A stretch of 32,000 nucleotides of DNA, taken from Candidatus Saccharimonadota bacterium. Lineage in GTDB: Bacteria; Patescibacteriota; Saccharimonadia; Saccharimonadales; UBA4665. Location: positions 660,001-692,000 of the forward strand of contig CP064992.1 of assembly GCA_016699935.1 (NCBI GenBank). Reading direction: 5' to 3'. The notes under the pieces were generated by a model, which was not told the origin of the DNA, made no database searches, and saw only the letters and a program-made list of their open reading frames with translations. Shown piece by piece: positions 24,981 to 32,000 of the stretch. The first letter of the stretch is position 1, and each line of letters starts with the position of its first letter. The position numbers and the translations under genes were made by a program.

Positions 24981-27900
24981 ATGATTAAACTAAAACGCAC
25001 ACTGCTAGTTTTGCTCGCGTGCACCTCTCTGGTCTTTGACCAAAGAGGGTATTTGTGCCTATCGAGACCTAAGTTGCCTGGTTCTGGATTCGGGTTTCGG
25101 ATGTAGGTTTTCGACTTTGGGCTGTAACGTTTACTTTGCTCATCCTACCCCTGTTTTTCCTCACGCGCGGGTACACGGGCGTGCAACGCGCCTATGCCGC
25201 CACCAGTGACAACCTGAACTTCCAAGCCCGTCTGGGAAAACACTGCTGGTGCCATTGCCCCAGATGGTGACTACAACGTTGAGTTCAAGCTCTACAACGC
25301 TTCCAGCAGTGCAGGTTCTTCCCAGGGCTCTTGTACCGGAGATGCTGCTTGTCTCTGGACAGAAACCAGAACAGGAGCAAACAAGGTGAGAGTCGTCAAT
25401 GGCTACCTGACCGTCAATCTTGGCTCTGTCACCGCTTTCCCTGGCACCATGCCATGGGATCAACAGCTTTACCTCTCACCATGAACATTGGAGGTACCGG
25501 TGGACCTAGCTGGGACGGAGAAATGAACCCCAGGCTGAAGATGACAGCTGTCCCATACGCCTTCAACGCCAAGACAGCCAGCCAAACAGTCAGTAGCTCA
25601 GGAGCCAACCTCGCCACCCTGAGCATCGCCGCTCCAACTAGTGGCAATCAGACGTTCACTATCCAGGACCAGGGTGCTGCTGGCAATTACAACATTCTAA
25701 CGCAAACCCAGATAGCGCCTGGTTCATCCAAAACCAGTTTGGAGCGGCTCAGTCAACCTCAAACTTCTGGCTATCTGGAACGGGCAGGGCAGATACGGCG
25801 TTCCAGGCGCCGCTATTTGACAGCGGTACGGCGGCGGCGTGGGATAGGCACGACCAATGCGACGTCGATTAGCAGGCAAGTCAAGCATCACCACGACAGT
25901 ACAGGGGCCATTCGTTGCGAATGGCTCTCGGTTTACGAACAATGGCTCGACGCTACTAACGGGCTCGACACTCAGTGATTTTGCAGCCAGTGGGGCGATT
26001 GGGACGGCCGCAGCAACGGTGGATGCTTGAACGACATTTGTCATCCCTCAGACAACGGCTGGGCGAACGCTAAACTTGCCAACTCCTACAACGGGCACGG
26101 CTGGACGCCTGGCATATGTGCTGAACACGGGCAGCACGGCCTTCACCATGCATACTGTCAGCATCCAGGCAGGCAAAGCGCAGACATATATATATGATGG
26201 CAGTACCTGGACGGCTACCAATATAGATGGTGCGGGAATGGCGTCACCTTTGTGGGCTCTATCGACACCCAGACCAAGAGTGCTGATGGTGCCGTGGTAT
26301 CGGGTAACGGTATATACCTTCAAACGGCCGACGGGACAAATCCAGGTCTCGTCAGCACCGGCTTACAAACATTTGCTGGCAACAAGACGTTTTCGGGTAG
26401 CATTACTGCCAATTCCGGTGCATCGGTTACTGGCGCTACCACAATAAATACCTCCGGTACCGCAAACACCCAGATAGGTAATGGTAGTACTGGAACAATT
26501 ACTCTTGGTGATGGTTCTACCGGAGCTATAGCTATTCAGTCTGGTGCGAGCATAGGCCTCACCGGTACCACCAACATAAACACTTCAGGTGCAGCCACCA
26601 CAAGCATCGGTACTGGTACGGGCAATAACAGCATCGGTAACACCACTGGTACCCTTGGGCCTCACAGGTAGCACTGTTACAGTAGCCGGCAATACATCTA
26701 TTAACACCACTGGCACTAGTACTACCACCATCGGCAGCGCCACGGCCGGTGCCGTTAGCATTACATCTAATGCAGCTAGTAGCTTCACCACCAACACTGG
26801 TGCTCTAACCCTGACCAGTGCCGCTGCTGCCACCTGGGGCACTAACGCTGGTCTCCTCACCCTGCAAGGGGCGGGCGGCACCACCGTGACATCTACCGCT
26901 GGTACAACATCGAGTGGCGTCACTATCTCCACCGGCAATGCCAGCGCTGGAGCCAGTGGTAACATAACCATAGATACTGGTACCTACACCAGTGGTACTC
27001 CTACTGTGAACATCGGAACAGGTGTTGCTGGTGCAGTTACCATTGGACGAGCTGCTACGACGACTACGATACAAGGAACCCTCAGCATTACTCCTCAGAC
27101 GTCAAGCAGTACTACACTCCTATGTACAAACGGCGGTGTCGTCAGTACCTGTGATGCCACAGTTCTTGCCCCAACCGCTACTAACTTCATCCAGAACCAG
27201 AACGCTTCCGACCAAACAGCAGATCTCCGTATCTCTGGCACTGCCCGGGCAAATACCAGCGTCCTTACCCCACTGCTGGATACTGCCACTGCCGCCGCTC
27301 TCTACATCGGTACCACCAATGCTTCCAGCATAGTGCTACAGAAGAACGTTACTATTGCTGCTAACCAAAACATAACCTTCACTGCAGGGTCAGGTAACTT
27401 CGACCAATCTGCCTCCACTGGTACCTTCGCCACTGGCACTGGTGCCGTCAGTCTGAACGGAGACACCACTGTCGCGAGCGGCAAGAACCTCACGGTCACG
27501 AGTGGCACCACCAGCCTGACTGGTACGACGAACATAAATACCTCAGGTACTGCTACGACTACCATAGGTAATGCTTCTGCGACGAACAACATCACAGGTA
27601 CAAACACCGTTCTGGGTGCCACTAACATAAACACCACCGGTTCAGCTAATACCAACATAAACACTGCTACGAACACGGGCAATACTGGCATCGGTAACAC
27701 CACTGGTACCCTAGGCCTCACAGGTAGCACTGTTACAGTAGCCGGCAATACATCTATTAACACCACTGGCACTAGTACTACCACCATCGGCAGCGCCACG
27801 GCCGGTGCCGTTAGCATTACATCTAATGCAGCTAGTAGCTTCACCACCAACACCGGTGCTCTAACCCTGACCAGTGCCGCTGCTACCACCTGGAGCACAA

Positions 27901-30900
27901 CAGCTGGTGCCCTAACACTGCAAGGTGCAGCTGGTGCTACCATTCGGTCGGCTGCTGGTGCGACATCCAGTGATGTCACCATAACTACCGGCGATGCCTC
28001 AGCTGGAGCCAGTGGTAACATCACCATAGATACTGGTACCTATACTAGCGGTACTCCTACTGTCAACATTGGAACAGGTGTCGCTGGTGCAGTTACCATC
28101 GGACGAGCTACCACCACCACTACTATCCAAGGCTCTACCAAAGTAACACCTCAGACATCGACCAGTACTACACTCCTATGTACAAACGGCGGTGTCGTCG
28201 GTACCTGTGATGCCACAGTTCTTGCCCCAACCGCTACTAACTTCATCCAGAACCAGAACGCTTCCGACCAAACAGCAGATCTCCGTATCTCTGGCACTGC
28301 CCGGGCAAATACCAGCGTCAAGCCCCACTGCTGGATACTGCCACTGCGGTACCTCTGAGTATCGGGACCGGCAATGCCGGCAACATTACCATAGGTAAAA
28401 ACACCACAACAGTACTCGTGCCAAGTGCGCTTTCCTAGAAGGCACCTGGCAGCTCAAACACGCGTATGGCAATAGGAGGTACCCTAAGTTCCGTCGATAC
28501 GGCTGCCCAATATGGTAACTCACAGAACCAACTGAGCTTTAACCCCACGGGCGGATCTCTTACCGAAATATACGGTACTGTCACCAGTGCCAACCATATC
28601 TGGTAGTAACTACAACGTAAGTAGTTACTATGGTGGCTTTAACCGTATTGACACGGGTGCTGGTTACACTGGGCAGATCACAAATGGCTACGGACTGCGG
28701 ATTGGTGCGCTCCTAGCCTAAACGGCAACCCAGGAGCAGGCACGGCTAAAATCCTTAACTACAGAGGACTGAACGTAGATGGCACTACCAACAGGGGGCA
28801 ACACGAGCGGTACGATAAATAACTACGGCATACAGCTCCAAAAGGTAGTAGTGCAACCGCTGGAGCAGGTGGTGCACTCAACAACTACACCGCACACATC
28901 ACTGTCCCAACCGGCGGTGCTACCGGCACCACCACAAACTATGGTTTGTACATTACCGGTAACAGCGGTGCTGCTGCAACGCAATATGCCATCTACAATA
29001 ACTCCGGCAGACAACTACCTCCAGGGTAATACATCTATCGGTGCTGCAAACTGCAACCTAGTGGGTATGCGCTCAATGTCAGCGGCACAGCTGCTGCGAG
29101 CACCAACGTCCTTACCCCACTGCTGGATACTGCCACTGCCGCCGCTCTCTACATCGGTACCACCAATGCTTCCAGCATAGTGCTACAGAAGAACGTTACT
29201 ATTGCTGCTAAGCAAAACATAACCTTCACTGCAGGGTCAGGTAACTTCGACCAATCTGATAACTCCACTGGTACCTTCGCCACTGGCACTGGTGCCGTCA
29301 GTCTGAGTAGAGACACCACTGTCGCGATGGCAGCGGCAAGAACCTCACGGTCACGAGTGGCACCACCAGCCTGACTGGTACGACGAACATAAATACCTCA
29401 GGTACTGCTACGACTACCATAGGTAATGCTTCTGCGACGAACAACATCACAGGTACAAACACCGTTCTGGGTGCCACTAACATAAACACCACCGGTTCAG
29501 CTAGTAGTCCAACATAAACACTGCTACGAACACGGGCAATACTGGCATCGGTAACACCACTGGTACCCTAGGCCTCACAGGTAGCACTGTTAGGTAGCCG
29601 GCAATACATCTATTAACACCACTGGCACTAGTACTACCACCATCGGCAGCGCCACATTGGTGCCGTTAATTACATCTAATGCGGCTGGTAGCTTCACCAC
29701 CAACACCGGTGCTCTAACCTGACCAGTGCCGCTGCTACCACCTGGAGCACAACGGCTGGTGCCCTAACACTGCAAGGTGCAGCTGGTGCTACCATTCGGT
29801 CGGCTGCTGGTGCGACATACCAGTAACTACCGGCGATGCCTCAGCTGGAGCCAGTGGTAACATCACCATGAATACTGGTACCTATACAGCGGTACTCCTA
29901 CTGTCAACATTGGAACAGGTGTCGCTGGTGCAGTTACCATCGGACGAGCTACCACCACCACTACTATCAGGCTCTACCAAAGTAACACCTCAGACATCGA
30001 CCAGTACTACACTGCTTTGTACTAATGCCGGTGTCATCTCTACCTGTGATGCCACAGTTGTTGCCCCAACAGCTACTAACTTCATTCAGAACCAAACAGC
30101 CTCCACCCAAACAGCTGGCTTCAAGATCGATGGTACTGGTACAGCCGGTACCTTAGTCAGTACGACTGCTGTCAAGCCCGCTGTTTGACACCGCCACAGG
30201 CGTAGCTTTAAACATCGGTACCACCAATGCCACCCAGATTAACCTCAATCAAAACACTGTCGTGGCAGCTGGTAAAACCATCCGTATCACAGGCGACACT
30301 CGTACCAACATCAATGCCATTGGTTCACCCACAGAAGGCATGATGACGTACGACACAACAAACAAGCAGCTCCTCACCTACTCTAACGGCAAATGGCAAG
30401 CTGACCGAAGCGAAGCCATCTTGGTTGCCGCCAGTGACAGCTCAGATGCCGACAAAGCCTCAGCTGACTATGTAGCTGATGGTAACACTGGTGCAGCCCT
30501 TGATGGTGACCAAGTGCAGATCAACGACGCTCTTACGGCTGCCAGTGCTTCAGGTACCCGTAAGACCGGTAAGGTTTACCTCTTCGCTGGTACGTACACT
30601 GCTGATGCCACTATCCTCATCCCGAACGGTGTTACCCTCGCTGGTAGTGGTCAAAGCTCAGTCATAAAACTGGCAGACATTGATGCGACCGACAACCTCA
30701 TCGAAAACAGTGACACGGCAACTGGTGCCAACATCACTATTCGTGACCTCCGCCTAGAAGGTCAACGCAACCTCAACACGGCTGGCACCCAGCACGGTAT
30801 CTACCTGCTCGGCATGGGCAAAGAAACCAGCGGCAACAACGCCGTCAACGGCGCCTTCATTAGTAACGTCACCGTCTACTACTTCCGCACCGATGGTATC

Positions 30901-32000
30901 CGCCTCGATACCTCCTCTCACAACACGATTACCAGCAGCATCTTCCGAGACAATGAGCAGTATGGTCTCTACATCCTGAATGTAAACTCCAAGTTCAACA
31001 GCATCACCGCTAACCAGTCAGAAGGCAACAACGTCGACGGCTTCCGACTCGAATCTGGCTACAGCAACACCTTCAGTGGTAACGTTGCCTACGACAATAC
31101 TTCGGCCGGTATGGCTATAGCCGGCAGCGCCAATAACAACAACATCGTCAATAACAACTTCCGCGGCAACAATGCCTATGGTATCTATGTCGGTGCTTCG
31201 ACCCTGAACAACATCAGCTCAAACAACATCCGGGGTGGTAGCACCTACGGTATCTATGTTTCTGGCTCAGACGGCAACACGGTAACGACAACAACATCTA
31301 TGACACTGGTAGCGCAACAACCAACAACGCTATCTACTTGACTGATTCTGATCGTAACAGCATTAATGGCAACGTGATCGATGACACCTCAGCATCCACT
31401 AACAACTACGCCATCAATATCTTCAATAGCACCAGCAACAGTAACTACATATCTGGAAACATCCTCGGCGATAACGGTGCCGGTGTCACAGCTACCATTA
31501 ACGATGCTGCGACAGACACTACCTACGGTGGCCAGGCTACCGCCCTCAGCAGCACCGACATCCTCTTCAAACAGTCGGCTTCAACGGCCGCCTTCCAGAT
31601 CAAAATGCCAATGGCACCAGTATATTGAACATTGACTCAACAAACGGAGAACTTGAAGTCGGTAGCTACAATGGTGGTACTAACCCGGTAGCCGGTAAGA
31701 TAGTTATAGCTACTACTGCCAATGCCAATACTGTCACCCTGCAGTCGTCTACTCAGACTGGTAACTACACCCTCAGCATCCCAGCCTAACAGCTAATGCC
31801 AATGCATGTACCGACAACGCTATCTGCTCTGGTTACCTTGGCACTAGCACTGGTGTTCAGCTACAAGCTGCTACTCCTGGCACAGCTCAGACAGGTCACT
31901 TCAACATTACAGGTACAGGGATAGCTGGCACTAGCCTCCTCACCCCACTGCTGAACACCGCCACAGCCGTAGCCCTGAACATAGGCACCAACAATGCCTC
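24981..32000 (+). CDS. Giant repetitive surface fibre/adhesin-like protein (more than 2300 aa, continues past the window end). It is fragmented into many frames in this assembly.
   Basis: The N-terminal hydrophobic region ends ..FTLLILPLFFLTRGYTGVQRAYA|ATSDNLNFQARL. After that, one continuous reading can be followed through ORFs 25331-, 26076-, 26252-, 26589-28358, 28779-, 29180-, 29868-, 30262-31341 and 31338- by +/-1 shifts. The recurring module is FIQNQxASxQTAxxxISGTxxA..TPLLDTATAxxLxIGTTNAxxIxL, with Thr/Gly/Asn-rich runs (GNTSINTTGTSTTTIGSATAG). A PbH1-type beta-helix domain sits at about 30480-31560 (GKVYLFAGTYT, ITIRDLRLEG, NNIVNNNFRGNNAYGIYV, NNISSNNIRGGSTYGIYV). The start codon is uncertain. 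Confidence 0.75.
26661..28320 (+). repeat. Tandem near-identical repeat inside the giant gene (unit 1056 bp = 352 codons; 1.6 copies)
   Basis: CTCACAGGTAGCACTGTTACAGTAGCCGGC starts at 26661 and again at 27717. There are long identical stretches, for example around 26661-26810 vs 27717-27866 and 27150-27260 vs 28206-28316. A more diverged middle lies between them. Confidence 0.9.
29108..30170 (+). repeat. Third, indel-riddled copy of the same 1056-bp unit (tail half then head half)
   Basis: 29108-29573 matches 27261-27716. 29574-30170 matches 26661-27260 / 27717-28320. It differs by several small insertions/deletions and substitutions, for example TGTTAGGTAGCC vs TGTTACAGTAGCC and GCCACATTGGTGCCGTTAATTAC vs GCCACGGCCGGTGCCGTTAGCATTAC. 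Confidence 0.85.

Noticed and set aside
24981-25106. Separate small lipoprotein (MIKLKRTLLVLLAC.., lipobox-like LLAC) preceding the giant gene
   Set aside because: The 41-codon frame ends at a TAG that is bypassed by a 1-nt slip into the frame encoding the hydrophobic anchor and the AYA|ATSDNLNF start of the giant protein. It is more likely the same gene's N-terminus, distorted by indels. This remains unresolved.
26585-28027. Long minus-strand ORFs (26585-26971, 27302-28027, 26805-27074) antisense to the giant gene
   Set aside because: They are Val/Pro/Ala-rich mirror images of the ACC/GGT/GCT-rich repeats. They have no starts with an RBS and no motifs. The plus-strand reading gives a coherent modular protein.
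26661-30170. Diversity-generating retroelement (template/variable repeat pair) acting on the giant surface protein
   Set aside because: Differences between the repeat copies involve all four bases and indels, and are not adenine-specific substitutions. No reverse transcriptase gene is present in the window.
1-32000. Alternative genetic code (for example UGA recoding, as in some CPR lineages) as the explanation for interrupted genes
   Set aside because: The interruptions are frame changes, not in-frame stops. The terminating codons met after a slip include TAG, TAA and TGA. The conserved protein sequence resumes in a shifted frame. The one in-frame TAG (20086-20088) lies in a locally out-of-frame patch.

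Overview
The window reads as a compact bacterial genome coded almost entirely on the plus strand. Gene content and order, plus a giant repetitive surface protein, suggest a Patescibacteria/CPR organism similar to Saccharibacteria. This is an inference I cannot verify here.

Layout:
- 1-15.7 kb is housekeeping: priA, a small wHTH regulator, rpsU-yqeY-adk-map, ftsA-ftsZ, nrdR plus class II RNR nrdJ, a Grx-like ORF, a T-box leader, a decayed Cof/HAD gene, ileS and a C26 glutamine amidotransferase.
- 15.7-24.2 kb is an accessory island of seven genes. It holds a phage tail-fibre/tailspike-like protein, a metallophosphoesterase, an unknown 120-aa ORF, two SGNH hydrolases, a right-handed beta-helix protein and a clan GH-A-like glycosidase.
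- Five of these island proteins share a short N-terminal twin-arginine tag with no hydrophobic core.
- 24.2-24.6 kb is an orphan rplU. An AT-rich gap follows.
- From about 24.98 kb to the window end (at least 7 kb) runs one giant fibre/adhesin gene with 1056-bp near-identical repeats and an embedded beta-helix domain.

Non-coding structure worth noting:
- A canonical T-box antiterminator (UGGUACC bulge) with Ile codons, upstream of HAD-ileS.
- A 106/92-bp tandem repeat carrying TGTCACC heptad iterons upstream of ftsA.
- A multi-helix element upstream of rpsU.
- A 36-bp perfect palindrome.

Major caveat: most long genes are interrupted by +/-1 frame breaks that sit on homopolymer runs. Some apparently intact ORFs hide compensating pairs of such breaks. 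Most 'pseudogenes' here are therefore probably consensus errors, and all coordinates near breaks are approximate.
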